From the NCBI RefSeq assembly GCF_036588685.1, contig NC_086375.1, positions 69,316,001-69,380,000 on the forward strand: a stretch of DNA of 64,000 bases, written 5' to 3'. This document shows positions 40,901 through 51,547 of this stretch, piece by piece. Source of the stretch: Mytilus trossulus (taxonomy: Eukaryota). The number at the start of each line of letters is the position of its first letter. The first letter of the stretch is position 1. Both the position numbers and the translations under genes were made by a program. The notes under the pieces are model-generated. The model searched no databases. It saw only the letters and a program-made list of their open reading frames with translations, and was not told the origin of the DNA.

Positions 40901-43900
40901 TAATAGAAACACAAAATAAGATGTATTTTATACTACTTTTTCACATGTACGTTTTATTTCAAGGATAATGGCATAGGACAAAAACATATAAGATAATAAT
41001 TATTTTATTCTAAATGATATTGTCACATCTTTATCTGTCAAAGAAAGGAAAACATTTGTTCAATTTTTAATACACTGATTTTGAAGCACACCTGTGCAAC
41101 CAAGATCGATTAAATGGTCATAGGTAAATTATCTGGGTAATCTGTTATGTTGTCACGCGTCGTTAATTTTTAGTACATCAAATGGGCAATAAACCAATTA
41201 ACATCCATGCAGTGTTGGAATCTTTGGAGGATTTTAGGAGTGAAATCCGCGGTACTCAGTGTGATTCCGAGAAACACAGAAATCGGAAAAAAACGATTGC
41301 AAATAGATATTTTTGAAGGGTACTGTATGTACTAACCATCATCTGCCATGTTGGCATGAAGTCTGCACTTTGTCGGACTCTGTCAAATATCTTTGTTATC
41401 TCTGGATTGATTAAAGAATTGTCTGCAAAGAATACAAATTACGTTTAATAACAGGCTTCTTAAAAATGTTTATTTCGATTCTGTATTTTAAATTCGAAGG
41501 TTTTTGAGAATTGAAGTGTAGTCTTGTAACCAAAATTTACTTAAAAAGATTTTTTCTTCTTTTAAAATTACACAGCAATCTAAAATACAGCTTTATTCTA
41601 TGAATATATTGAAACTGCTACAACAGGTCAGGTTTGAAATATTTCATCTTATACAGATAGCATACATCATTCATTGATTGTAATTTTTCCATAAATAATA
41701 TGGATTTATGCTTTTTCATCCATTATCAAAATATACCAATATTAGACTGCATTTTGTTATGGTACAAAATCTTTTGCATTAAATCGCTTTAGGGAAAATA
41801 TACCCTGAATGCTGAGCATCTGCCCCAGTTTGAGTGCTGCTCCCCTCACACGACACAATGTGTTCACAATTCTTTCAGCATTAGCTTCAGTAAGAAATGG
41901 ATTGGACTTGTCTAATATTGCTCCAGCTGTCATACCTGTTATGAAAAAGAGAAAATTAGAAACCAGAAACAAAAACACCTAAGCTTGTCATCTACTATAC
42001 CCAATTCATTAAGAAACCACAATGTTCACTTTCTTCTTAATGAGTTTTAGACTTTGTCTCCAAGAATTTGTCTTCAAAATGAAATATATCAAGTCAGGAA
42101 AAACCAAACTGGATCTATAGATATTGAAACACAATTTAAGCTGCATGTATTTTACAAGACACCTTTAATAATCATCTGGAAACAATATTTTTTTTACAAT
42201 TCTTAAGATCTGCTTCTGTCTTCTTTTTTTTTTAAATATGTTCACATGTATCTAATGTTTTAATATGATGAGACATTGTACATATACATGCAGATATCAA
42301 GCAAGTGACAACATAGGGTTTTGATTACATTAGATTGATTGATTGATTATTTGGGTTTTTTTTGTATTCAATAACCAATCTTTCCTTTATTTCTATCAAA
42401 TTTCTATATAGTTCTCTACTGTTGTTTTTTTTTAACTCAAATTTTCATTTAACTTTCAAGAAAAAATAATCCACCCTGTTGTGTCAGTACATGTGAATAA
42501 CTGTATACCATTACCTGCATCTTTTGAAATTCCTAATGTTCTTCTTGTCTGTTCAGCTAAAGCTCCCATGCCTAGACCTGCTGTTAAAGCTAAAATTAAA
42601 CACAGTTTAAAATCAATATAATCAATACAATACAAAAACATATGATTAACATAAAACTAAATTATTTTACTAAATATTGATTATTATGACTTAAATCAGT
42701 GCCCAATTTTGACTTCCTTTGTGGCCTCAAATTACAGTTTAAAGCTTTTGCTACTTACATTTAGCTGCCATTTACTGAAATGTTACTGAGTTAATTCCCT
42801 TGTTGTACATTTGTAATATTGTAAATGCCTTTTATCTCATGAATGCGATATAGGAAAGCATCCTTATCCTATTGACTAATTCTTTTTCCTGAAGGTTTTA
42901 TATGTAATTTCATCCATGATCTATAAAGTTATTACCTCCATAGTTCATAAGTCTTCCAATTCTAGATGCTGGAACTCTTCTTTCTTTGGCTCTTTCACTT
43001 AGCTAAAAGAAAAAAGTCAGAAAATGTTTTAAGTACACAAATTTAAATAAAATCATAAAAAGGCTAAAACAAAATCATTCAAATGACAAGACCTCATCAA
43101 AGGTTACATGTATACTAAAGTAAAACTGATTAGTTCCTTCTATAGAGGCCAAGATATAAGTTTGACAAACATTTTCCTTGTAAAATCTCTAACATTCTGC
43201 AAACAAGGGTTCAGAATTTTTTTCACCTAATTCCGGTCATTTTGAGATACCTTAAAGGTTGGTGGCTTTTTTCAAAAAAAGATTGTCAAAATCACATTCC
43301 TGAGTATGCTCATACTCATAGCCTCAACAAACTTGCTGTTGCTAGAATCGCATTTACTTAATGAAATTTCCAAGGGTCCGGTTTCAATGCTGATGTAATG
43401 AATGTTTACCCATTACAATCGAAATAATCAAGCTTCAGACCAAAAATTAGATTATTCTCTTACATAGAAGCCAAGAAAACTTTGACTAAATTTTTTTAGG
43501 AAAGGTCTTACACACTGACAAACAAATGGGGCCGAGTGGTTACTAAATAATCTCTCCTATTTGCCTGTAAATAAAACTGGTTTAAAGTATTCTGTAGTCT
43601 GTGCATTTCATAAAAATTGTCCTAATTGCATTTTCCAAGGACATTTTATATCTAATTTTATGGACTTAATTGTATAATATTTGTATGTATGTACCTTTGG
43701 TGTAGCAAGATTAACAGTTCTTTTTTGACTAGATGCTAATGGTTTTGGTGGAACAGATTTAATTTTCTCTGTTGTTGCAGAAGTTATCTCAGGTTCTTTT
43801 AACCCTTCAACTTTTGCAGACTCAACTGTATTCAGATCTATTGCAGCTGCACTCACATTGGCAAATGAGTTAACTGTTACCCCATCCAATAAGCTTCCCT

Positions 43901-44927
43901 TGATATTGATTTCTTTTTCAGATGACTTTGGTGGATTAAATTGTGTACCTAGATCAGGTGAAGTTTCAATTGTTGCAGAGTTTATATTATGTAAATTAGC
44001 TGTGTTCAATTCTTCACTATTAACTCTATTGATGTGAACTTCCTTGACAGCAGATGTGTGCAATTTTTGGTCTTTTGTTTCATTCTTCATTCCAATTGAT
44101 TGTTCGGAAAATAGCATTTCTCCTGGAACATCTGAAAGGTCAAAGTCATCAAATAGTTCTTCACTTTTTGAATTCATAAATCTTGATCCTGTTGATGTTT
44201 GAGATCTCGCCATTTCTAGAACTGTTTTTGCTTGTGTTGCCATTAGAACTATTTTATCCTGGACACTTTGCTAATGAAAAAGAAAAAAGAAAAATCATGG
44301 AATAAATTTATTTGAAAAAGAAATAGTTGTAATTTTACTATTAATATAAAACAACTTCTCTTGGCACATTACATTAAACATGCAAATAATGATGTTACAA
44401 CCCCTTAAAATATGCATTAAGTGTGAAGTAATTGAAGTTTTGTTTCATCTTTTCAAAAAATCATGACAATATCAGTCTCCGACTTTTGTGTCTAGACAAT
44501 GCTAGAGATTCAATATTGAAAATATTATAAAACTTTTTACATGCAAATACAAGTGTACATGTAAGTATATTATTGTATATTTTATATTTGAATAAATAAA
44601 ATGAAATGTCATTTACAGACATAAGTCAAAGTGATTCATTGTGATTTATTTTATGTTATTGTTGCAGGCACTGACTTCCATGACTTCCATCTGACACAAA
44701 CAAATGATTTATAAATATCTCAAATCTGTACAAACCTGTATTTCTGGCTGTTTAGATACAGCATCACTGAAAACTTCTTCACTTTTGACTTTAAGGTCTT
44801 TAACAATAGGCCTTAAAGTACTATTCTTCCATGCCTGTTGTACTTCACCACCCTGGGTCTCTATTAGAGCTTTTGTTATGCTCTCTAGACCTTTGATGAA
44901 TCCTACGAGGTCTGATCTCCTTGCCAT
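19929..44927 (-). CDS. COQ8: Atypical kinase COQ8 (ADCK3/ADCK4, ABC1/UbiB family), mitochondrial CoQ biosynthesis; 13 coding exons, 712 aa
   Basis: Exons (minus): 44927-44736, 44270-43695, 43002-42936, 42589-42515, 41935-41804, 41422-41337, 40357-40217, 39741-39660, 38863-38770, 38201-38060, 22256-22149, 20834-20682, 20219-19929. All GT-AG, phases consistent, total 2139 nt. Motifs: [18 protein letters not shown], KxGQ (GAALKLGQ), A-rich loop [20 protein letters not shown], catalytic [13 protein letters not shown] (LLDFGA), [17 protein letters not shown]. Confidence 0.96.
20279..20451. mobile_element. Short MITE-like element with internal atcccg subrepeats in the last COQ8 intron
   Basis: Imperfect TIRs gagggagggtagga ... 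tcctatcccccctc, flanked by TA; internal duplicated aatcccgaaatcccg.gcttaaaaa. Confidence 0.65.
21370..22140. repeat. Minisatellite, ~29-31-bp unit (aaacactgtgtattttactctttctttct)
   Basis: About 25 degenerate tandem copies, directly abutting the donor of COQ8 exon 22256-22149. Confidence 0.9.
22690..23135 (+). mobile_element. Mollusc-type tRNA-derived SINE (Meta-like core), interrupted by a reversed copy of the abundant interspersed repeat (~22775-23000)
   Basis: Head fragment gagtttgactccc...atggcagg; core ttcctccaccaataaaaactgac...gtggcattaaacacc and (caat)n tail. A reversed copy lies at ~46715-46900. Confidence 0.6.
25408..26712 (-). CDS. Class A (rhodopsin-like) GPCR, single coding exon, 434 aa; adenosine/biogenic-amine-receptor-like, ligand unknown; nested in COQ8 intron
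   Basis: Seven hydrophobic segments; GN in TM1, SLAMAD in TM2, DRF (DRY variant), W in TM4, FWIP in TM6, NPFIY (NPxxY), CC after helix 8, Ser/Thr-rich C-tail. Confidence 0.95.
   Translation of the reverse strand: MEDLLSKEEDPFWNTQDCFPERRNLSFDDTVYSISTDDIFGCVVAIMIPFIFIGNSLVIITLYRFPKFRTTTNLLIGSLAMADLLLGVVTLPLYVCFYFHGDALSRIKYLCLIKYSFALGTLSASLISLVAIAFDRFIAITRPLIYRVTMTKRRAMFLIVGIWMYHVIVAFLPLIGWNHYNELNNNVTHICNFFTVLPVPYTILTTPVVIMLAIIITTYLYFKIYQETVSYSKRQLERRSTSSNKVFGRRQFKRDTKSAKMMGLISILFYLFWIPFMIGCIIKYISNNKDSSEMIKNIFLTLAMSNSAVNPFIYCWLREDFRTAFLMIVCCRKTSSIRQMTSVKQNYGIKGTYNFTKSQNRKSSLFTIEKVLKPLQSNLSDSITSSYGDVSDCETPQSVASDADTPHSVFSDGTFSFSKSDTASSMNSSMTTRL
27905..28092 (+). repeat. Copy of the abundant interspersed repeat between the GPCR and B-box gene 5' ends
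   Basis: aagatttggtatgattgccaaagagacaac...cagctataaaagg...gaaaactaacagcct. Confidence 0.7.
28515..29606 (+). CDS. B-box type 1 + NHL-like beta-propeller protein (RING-less, TRIM-like), 363 aa; nested antisense in COQ8 intron
   Basis: [25 protein letters not shown] zinc-binding B-box, followed directly by beta-rich repeats ([58 protein letters not shown]). Uninterrupted ORF; acceptor ttatag ~59 nt upstream of the ATG. Confidence 0.9.
   Translation: MATSLPQEQCPSLCQLCNRDPKIKWKCVDCDLLMCIQCKNNIHNKIKTERQHRIIDIKEVSNVELQAPATEVHITSDKKYSTRMDYIRCLAVSLDGSLWIGDGKVVFHPFTYVTHATALQKVIVEDDKLKVISSFNVAVLDVAVTPTNDLLLATGESRLKQISSGSSKIIDSTYCADFAKLERVHVDAGGRVVVAGEAPFPYKVVVIIMNMDGSVANVFDNDKNNKPIIDSYPQSITSTTNGNIFVVDGSKRVMVFGKTNINFYKGQHGINSQEYSFDPQSVVTTMSDNVVVADFVNSVLHIINNTGYLLTTCDTKDIGILHPISLAICLAGKSSELFIGCWTSKDTSDKANLCKINISGNYL
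30469..30716. mobile_element. PIF/Harbinger (Tourist-like) MITE with TTA TSD
   Basis: TTA|GGCCTAAAATAAAATATTGTTTGTTTCTCCAATCCCAACC ... GGTTGGGATTGGGGAAACAAACAATATTTTAATTTGGGCC|TTA. Confidence 0.85.
31166..32519 (+). mobile_element. Non-autonomous Helitron
   Basis: A|TCTATACTATTAAA 5' end; 3' hairpin CCCGCGATAAATCGCGGG followed by tgtgttCTAG|T (inserted between A and T, no TSD). Internal tandem duplications of 170 bp (31409/31579) and 140 bp (32151/32291); embedded interspersed repeat at 31862-32125. Confidence 0.85.
33411..35165 (-). CDS. RING-less TRIM-like protein: B-box1, B-box2, coiled coil, acidic Ser-rich linker, NHL-like beta-propeller; 584 aa; nested in COQ8 intron
   Basis: [23 protein letters not shown] (B-box1); [24 protein letters not shown] (B-box2); helical K/E-rich segment; (SDSETSN)n; propeller repeats ([44 protein letters not shown]). 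Confidence 0.93.
   Translation of the reverse strand: MGTASSVQRGQVPIGCQLCQGKNTIQWKCTNCPLLMCTSCKDNIHLRIAKVHKIISICDIGELDSGESLNFSDVHCKKHVDEVCCSYCSSCNTVVCVKCLMTVHNGHKFVSEEDFLCKKKQIWEGKTSAVKKIDQLCKDERKLNNIKQLEDEMYSKAIEDVHEKAREDILFKLDEKIKSVNQTIDTELTNLDREKGKIKEFIDIVDMITSSKDFSQFFEKFDELISSLNCDIEPLKENFGSISEFIKEHLIVSEFDQLNTAASDSEKTDSDSETSNSDSETSNSDSETSDSDSETTKVVKTYTTDIRSIHFLTELSDKTLLIPSNQSEVLQHVKLEETSAKVIANFTIKIFGMAVSPSGDILISTGDTRLKLFDIKTGEMTDSVYSVHPLKSCSIHVTQDQRVIVGGRSSEEDMGATVRCVVIVMDQKGSCLMEYEHDNNNIPLFTHPANITCTKDGNICVLDTMLCHTDERGRIVVLARGGDVIHIYSGHPQINNVDRPFIPGDISTILSGGTIVTDIKTQTLHILDSNGQFITFHNLLDIGINNPYSLAMSLSGHLYIGGTCEQGSPDTYKTKLYELKYHEI
34281..34380 (-). repeat. Coding 21-bp tandem repeat (SDSETS[N/D]) within the TRIM-like gene
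   Basis: gtttctgaatcagaatttgat-type units, ~4-5 copies. Confidence 0.85.
35430..36385. mobile_element. Degenerate HINE-like repeat fragments
   Basis: Starts gtccatgggacacagatgatgcccc (also at ~33200); repeated aagggcataac...aaaagtgac units; ends ggcttgggcataaaaa like the 17253-18055 element. Confidence 0.45.
39414..39645. mobile_element. MITE with ~55-bp imperfect TIRs and TWA flanks
   Basis: ggaatgacatcaatagttcaatgtacgataaaaaatttaattcacatagttt is inverted by aaactattttgaattaagtttttttatcctacattgatcttttgatcgtccc. Confidence 0.7.
39862..40069. mobile_element. hAT-like MITE with 5-bp TSD
   Basis: AAGAC|CAGTGTCGGATCCAG ... CTGGATCCACCCCTG|AAGAC; internal ~57-bp direct repeat. Confidence 0.8.
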
Positions 44928-45582
44928 CCTTATAATATAGAAAAGTGTTGTAAGAAAAACTATACATTTTAAAATGCTTCAAATTAAATATATATACATT
45001 TGTACATATACATATTTACACTTACAGGACGTCTGAATTGCAGACACTGTGAGTCATATTAAGTGTCAAGGGAACCAACTTAGCAATAAATACATTCAAA
45101 GTGAAACACAATAGCTTATGACCTCTACAATGTACTAAATGTCTTACAATGTATTTATTTAGCTGTTAGATTGATGTTTAATTGTCCTTCAGCACTAGTT
45201 GATTGTTTCTCAAAATAAGTGATTTTTTACTGGATTTTAAATTTTATTACATTTTGGTGATACATGTTTGTAGTTTCCCGTCTGCATAGTTTGGTTCATA
45301 ATCACTTTCTATTTTTTGTTAAAAATAGAATTTGTTTTTAGTCCTATCAGAAAAATTAAACTTAATGTCTTTAAATATATACATGTTCAATATAGGTAAA
45401 CAACTTATCGTAGACAGATAAATCTACTAAGAAATACTATGTCAATCTGCTGTAGTATAGTGAACATACAATGTACATGTATTTACAAATCAAAAAATTA
45501 TAATTCATGTACAATGTATGTTTATCTGCAAGTACAGTCAAAGGACAAAAGTGAGTTCCCACTCAAAGATAGTCCAATCATT

Positions 45583-46024
45583 TCAACTAAAATCGACATT
45601 TTTCAAAAAATATTATATATAATTACAAAGTGACATTACATGTACAAATGATATATGAGCTATTTTAATGAAATAGATGCCATAAGCATGATAAGATGTA
45701 GAAATGTCCGAAGTTTAGTTGTTTATTTGGCCATTATTTTCATGAGGTAAATTGTTTATTTTCATTATCGGATTAGTTAAACACAAATGTAAATTCTTAC
45801 AATTTCTATACCGTTAGAATACATTCATGTAGTAACTTTTCAAAAAAATAAATTCTATGTGTTCACCTCATCAAAAAATTAAATTTGCTTGAATAATATC
45901 ATAACCAAATAAACAATAAAACTTTAAACATTTCTTCATCTTATGGTATTTATTTCATATGAATCAGTCATGTACATGTAGTTACTTTGTAATATTTTTT
46001 GGAAAAATATTGATTTTAGTTAAA
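45583..46024. mobile_element. Old long-TIR MITE/inverted repeat upstream of the first COQ8 coding exon
   Basis: aactaaaatcgacatttttcaaaaaatatta...ttacaaagtga...tacatgtaca is mirrored by tgtacatgta...actttgtaatattttttggaaaaatattgattttagtt. Confidence 0.6.
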
Positions 46025-46189
46025 GTCATAAGAAACCTCAAATCAAAAATAATTATGCATATGTTTTTTTATAACTAAATGGATAGTTTTCATTATACAA
46101 CTTATGTACATATACTTTTTTCTGAGGAACATTCTTTAATTTGTCCACATTTAGAAGAAGTTTACTTATTTTTAATTGCTTGCTTCCAG

Positions 46190-46450
46190 GAAGCAATTCA
46201 CCGACATATTTTCCGTATGCATAGTGACCTGAGCGTAACTCTTCTCGTAAAAATACGGTGATCGCAATACGCATGGATCTGTCATTAAAATAAACAATTA
46301 TCTGATTGTACATGTTAAACATGTGCTCAATTTGCATGCTTTTTGTTATTTGTTTACTATAAGGTGACAATCGGTAAACTTCGGCTTTAAAATACGGCAC
46401 TCAATGAGCAGCCATATTTATTAAATCATAACAGACAGAGAGATAAAAAA
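46190..46450 (-). promoter_or_regulatory. Probable COQ8 TSS / non-coding first exon region
   Basis: The first coding exon begins at an acceptor (tataag|G ATG, 44928), so an upstream exon is implied. CpG-richer block with AATATGGCTGC (46408-46418) and candidate donor CG|GTGAAT at 46202. Confidence 0.45.
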
Positions 46451-47994
46451 TTGACAATTATATGACATATTTGTGTAATTTGCAATTGGTTTGAAATCTG
46501 ATTGAAATTATATATAAACCTATTTAAAACTATCATTTGCAAATAGTCTACATTTGTACATGTGCATGTATATTAGCATGATATATTCGGTTTTGTGATG
46601 GTAGTTAACTTTTTATACCGAAATATGAGATAGGGCCTTAGACAGTTCCTTGAGGCACTCCGCTTGTGACCGAGACAGTTTTTCAGGGTATGCGCTTGCT
46701 AAAAAAAAAAGTTTGATTGATTGGCATTCAGCACCACTTTCAACACTACTGTTCTATTTCAAGGCTTTCAGTTTCTTTTGGTGGAGGAAGTCCAAGTGCT
46801 GTGAGAAAACCATCAAGCTACGGTAAAAACTTTCAATCCTAGTCAATTAGTGTAGTGTAACCATCCCGTGCCGTATTCAAAATCACAACCTCAGGATAGA
46901 CAACTTTTGAGTTCGATGCATTTCCGTCTAAAACTCTGGTTTTAGTGAACATCATTCATGCGTTTAGGTGCATCTTCACTTTCGTTCCAATGTTGAAGGA
47001 GAGGTTGAAAAACTATAGATCTATATTGTGCCAATTATACAGCAAATAGAATTCTCATAATTGACAATCAGCACTGCTGTCATTAGGGAATTATGATTAA
47101 GTACCTACAAAACACCTATTTTTTCTAGTTTATCCAACACAATGACACTTTAAGAACATTAATAGTGCAAGGATATAAGGGACCCCCTCTATCTGGTAAA
47201 TGAGGCTACAAAAGCGCGCATAATTGAAGAGTTTTTTCCAGTGACGGATGAACTCGAAAGTGGTCTATTGACAGATTTGGGATTCAGTAGTTGGACTACC
47301 TAGTATTAAACCACTCGAACTCAGAGGCCCTCAGGCTCAGCTTGTCTTATATTTTCAGACAAACTCAATTGAGAATGTTTCTGTCAAAATCAAACTTTTT
47401 GTATTTGTACCTGACAATTATCCTTGTATCAACTTACATGTATCGTTATCTATTCAATTTCTTTGATTAGCAAAACAATGTTTTACAGTTTTACCCTTCT
47501 AGTATCTCAAGTCCTATCCGAGCGACCAAGCAAATCTTTAAAACATTATGTTTAATTGCAAACAACTTTTGTTGAATGTGCGTTTTACATAACTGAAGTT
47601 TCCACAAGGACAAGCATGTGTGGTTCGTGATTTCGTAAGATCAAAACTTCCGGTCAAATGTCAAGGTTCCTAGTTCATTATATTGCATAGAGCTAGCTAG
47701 ACATGTAATCTGGAGAATCCAGGCGATGGAGATTGTACATTTAAACCAACATCGGAAAGTGTAAATGATTCCGAACAATGTAATCGGATAAATGATCATT
47801 ACTCTGTTCAAGGATATAATAACTCTGTTGAAACTGGGAACATTATATCAATATGTATGTTCCTGGTTGAAAAGAACAGAGACAGTAAACTTTAAATAGT
47901 TCCAAAACAATACATTTTAGCAGGAACATATATATTGTTCCCAGATTCAACTTAGATAAGTCAGTATTAAAAGAGTGAACTCTGAAAGTGAAGT

Positions 47995-48270
47995 CAGGTC
48001 GAGCCTGTAATCAGTAGTTGTCGTTTTTCTATGTGTTACATATGTGTTTTCGTTCATTTTTCTTTATATATAAATAAGGCCGTTATTTTTCTCGTTTGAA
48101 TTGTTTCACATTGTCATTTCAGCCGGGGCCTTTTATAGCCTGACTATGCGGTATGGGCTTTGACCATCGATACAGACCGTACGGTGACTTTTAGTTGTTA
48201 ATTTCTGTATCATTTTGATCTCTTGTAGAGAGTAGAGGTTCATTGGCACTGAATCATACCACATCTTCTT
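47995..48270 (-). repeat. Reversed copy of the abundant interspersed repeat
   Basis: Reverse-complement match to 31862-32125. Confidence 0.75.
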
Positions 48271-49976
48271 TTTTTTTATTTATTAAGTTTATATTATATA
48301 ACTTATCAAGAATTCACGATAAACATGGACAGGGACAGTCTATACTAACTGTAATAGTATGGACTGTCCCTGATTTGTATATCCTTGAACACCGTTTTCA
48401 AAGTCTCATACTGTGTTTTACATTGAATTAGATTTGCAAATTAATCTAGAATCATGGAATGTGGACCGACTAACTTGATTGATTTTTCACTATGAAAATG
48501 AAGAGGACTCAGTTTTTAATAAAACTACTAAGCCAGCTAAATCGGCCACTAATTTGATTATAATTGTCTATTCTGAATTATGTAAATGATTTTCGAAATC
48601 AAAATTTTGTAAAAGATTTAACGCATTTTCAAACAAATGTTATCAGCCAGGTTTTGTAGGTTAGACACACTATGTTGGATCGATTTTTCAAAACTGAACC
48701 GTCATTAATTTCCCTAAATTTCGACACATGTTTACGCTTATTTCTATTTAGGATTTTTATAATTTATCAATCGATGTGCATTATCTTGAAATTGTTGTTG
48801 TTCTACATTACCATAACTTGATCACGGAATAAAGCATATCAAAACTAGTGGCCAGGAAGACTAAAGTAAGCGGTATATTGTTTTGTATTATTATATTTAA
48901 CATAAATTTAAATTCATTATTCAGTTGATAGTGAGTTAGCTCGTTGTGAGCCATAATCATTTTTTTAACGACTTTCTTAAATTTGGAACATATGTGAAAT
49001 TGGTTTTATTTCTATTTCTGCAGCTTCGATATCTTGTTCAGAGCAAGCCTTAGCCTACTCTGTCGTTAAATTCACCACAAATAAGTATTGGTTTCCTGTC
49101 TCTATATAATATAAATGTAATGAAGAAGATGTTGTATGATTGCCAATGAGACAACTCGCCGCAAGAGACAAAATGACACAGAAATAAAACAATGAGCAAA
49201 CAATACCACATATTCAGCTATAAAAGGACTCGAAATGACAAATATAAAACATTACGCACAACCAACAATATTGCAATTCAATAAGTTTATTATACACGAT
49301 TCATGTGCTATGTACAATTCTAAGTATTATGCACATTTGTAATAAACAAGGATTAATGTTTATAAAAAAGATCATGTTTCAAAATGTGTCCTTGCCGGAT
49401 TTTTCCACTTAGATCATGTACGTGTGTTGGCGGTGCGCATGCAACATGGCAAGGAAACATGCACACACTATTCCATTGGATCTCATTAACATAACATTTT
49501 TTTGTCAAATTTGAAGCTTGAAAACGTGTTTGTTTGAAAATAATCATCTGAAAAGTTAGAAATTGCCTGATATTTTGTCAATGGGGAACACATATTCACC
49601 GTTTTTATAGATCTATTTAAACCCAAATAACTGCAGCTTTAAACAATATTTTACAAATTAATTTCATTATAGATGGCAAAAGCAGACATTTTAAAGGTGT
49701 ACATAACTGAAATTTAGGGCAATCAGTCAAATATTTACCTAGAAATACTTCTTTGAAATCGTGTTATTTATTCAGAAAAATTGGCCGAAAATCGTTATCC
49801 GTTTTTCGGTCATTTGCGCTAAGTGCCGCGATTTTGTCGCAGTTTAAAATAAAATCATATTTGTTATTAAATCTTAGTAACCGGCATATTTCTTCTATTT
49901 CAGCCATCAGGCGAAATTGTGTCCCTGGCGAATATGCGCACCCCACTTTATACCTAACAACAAAATCATTTCATTA

Positions 49977-51547
49977 TGCGGGGTTCACACATTGCCGATT
50001 ATTGCTCCCGTTTGAGATCAGACAGCGATACGAAACGAAAAGTGAAAAGTCGGATTACTATCCTCAATTATCTGGAATGTCGTATCATTGTCTGATCACA
50101 GTCGTTTAATTTCGTAACAGATTCCTACGGGTCGGGAAGGGTCCGAATAGTTCGGCGAGGCACCCCGACAGTTAGGTGCGTCACGTAAAGCTGGGGTCAC
50201 ACATTCACGATTTTTACTACCGTCCTCGACAGGACCATTCCCAAATAAAAAAATTTAAAAGTCTGATCAAGATCCTGTGAATCGTGGATGGAAATTCAAA
50301 CTTAAATTAAAATTTGCAAAAAAAATAATTTAATCACGACAACAATCAGATAGTGTTCAGGAAGCGTCGATATTCAACCGTTTCTAGGCGAACTAGTCCC
50401 GATAATCCCGTTCTGAATCAGCATCTAATCCGATTTGTATTTTTCGCCAGGTAAAATTCGACCGAGTCTGTCACGACTGCGTCCCGACTCTACCGAATGT
50501 AATCCGACAAAGATCAGACAGTGACCAGACAGTGAACCGACGCTGACGGAAGTTATCCGTTCGAAAACTGTCGGCATATTCGGGATGATCAGGTACTGTC
50601 GGAACGTAATCCTATCATGATCCGCTATATCGCATTGCAAACGGCTTTGTCTGGTCTCAGTCGTATTGTATTCTGTAATTGTCGGGACTCGGACGTGGGT
50701 ATCATTCACGAATTTCGTCTTAATAACGGGACTGTTTCGGAACGGTTTCGGCAAAAAGTGGTTCGCAATCGACAAGATCTGGATGCAATCTGGACTCAAT
50801 CGGCAGAAAAACAGCTATGAAAGATTACCCCAGATCATTGCCGTTCCACAGGATACCGTCCAGAATACACAAGACATTGTTCGGAATTCGATCCGATACA
50901 GCAGAATCTGTCACGACATAGCCACGATAGTAATCCGACTAGACAAAATCGGCTGAGTTGTCCCGAATGTTACGGGACGCACATAACTGTCGGGGTGCTT
51001 TGCCGAACTATTCGGAACCTTCCCGACCCGTAGGAATCTGTTACGAACTAAAACGACTGCGTTCAGACAAAGATAGGACATTCCAGATAATTGAGGATAC
51101 TAATCCGACTTTTTCACTTTTCGTGTCGTAATGTGGTCTGATCTCAAACGGGAGCAATAATCGGCAATGTGTGAACCCCGCATTACATTCCGGGAAACTC
51201 AGCCGATTTAGTCTAGTCGGATCACAATCGTGCCTTTGTCGTGACAGATTCTGCTGTATCGGATCAAAATCCTTACAATGTTCTGTGTATTCTGGACGGT
51301 GTCCTGTGGAACGGGAATGATCTGGAGAAATTTGCTGTTTTTCTGCAGATTGAGTCCATATTGCATCCAGATCTTTTGAGGATTGCGAACCGTTTTTGCC
51401 GAACCGTTTATTTGTTTTACAAATTTTAATTGAAGTTTGAATTTTCATCCACGATTCACAGGATCTAGATCAGACTTTTGAAATTTTTTAATCGGGAATG
51501 GTCCAGTCAAGGACGGCAGTAAAAATAGTGAATGTGTGACCCCAGCT
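49977..51547. mobile_element. PIF/Harbinger-type non-autonomous element (internally deleted) containing a longer inverted copy of the same family at 50189-51182
   Basis: Outer: TTA|TGCGGGGTTCACACATT...AATGTGTGACCCCAGCT|TTA. Inner: TAA|AGCTGGGGTCACACATT...AATGTGTGAACCCCGCA|TTA. 49977-50188 is the reverse complement of ~50975-51182; 51186-51547 mirrors ~50740-50970 and ~50189-50330. Confidence 0.88.

Noticed and set aside
46053-46400. 115-aa minus-strand ORF as a COQ8 N-terminal extension
   Set aside because: GTG start and no recognisable similarity; the ATG at 44927 already gives a COQ8-like leader.
47180-47303. Protein-looking frame DPLYLVNEATKARIIEEFFPVTDELESGLLTDLGF
   Set aside because: Short, no convincing splice sites or partner exons, not recognised; possibly a decayed fragment.
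49753-51448. Cluster of 60-135-aa ORFs
   Set aside because: Arise from the GC-richer nested transposon; no transposase or other motifs.
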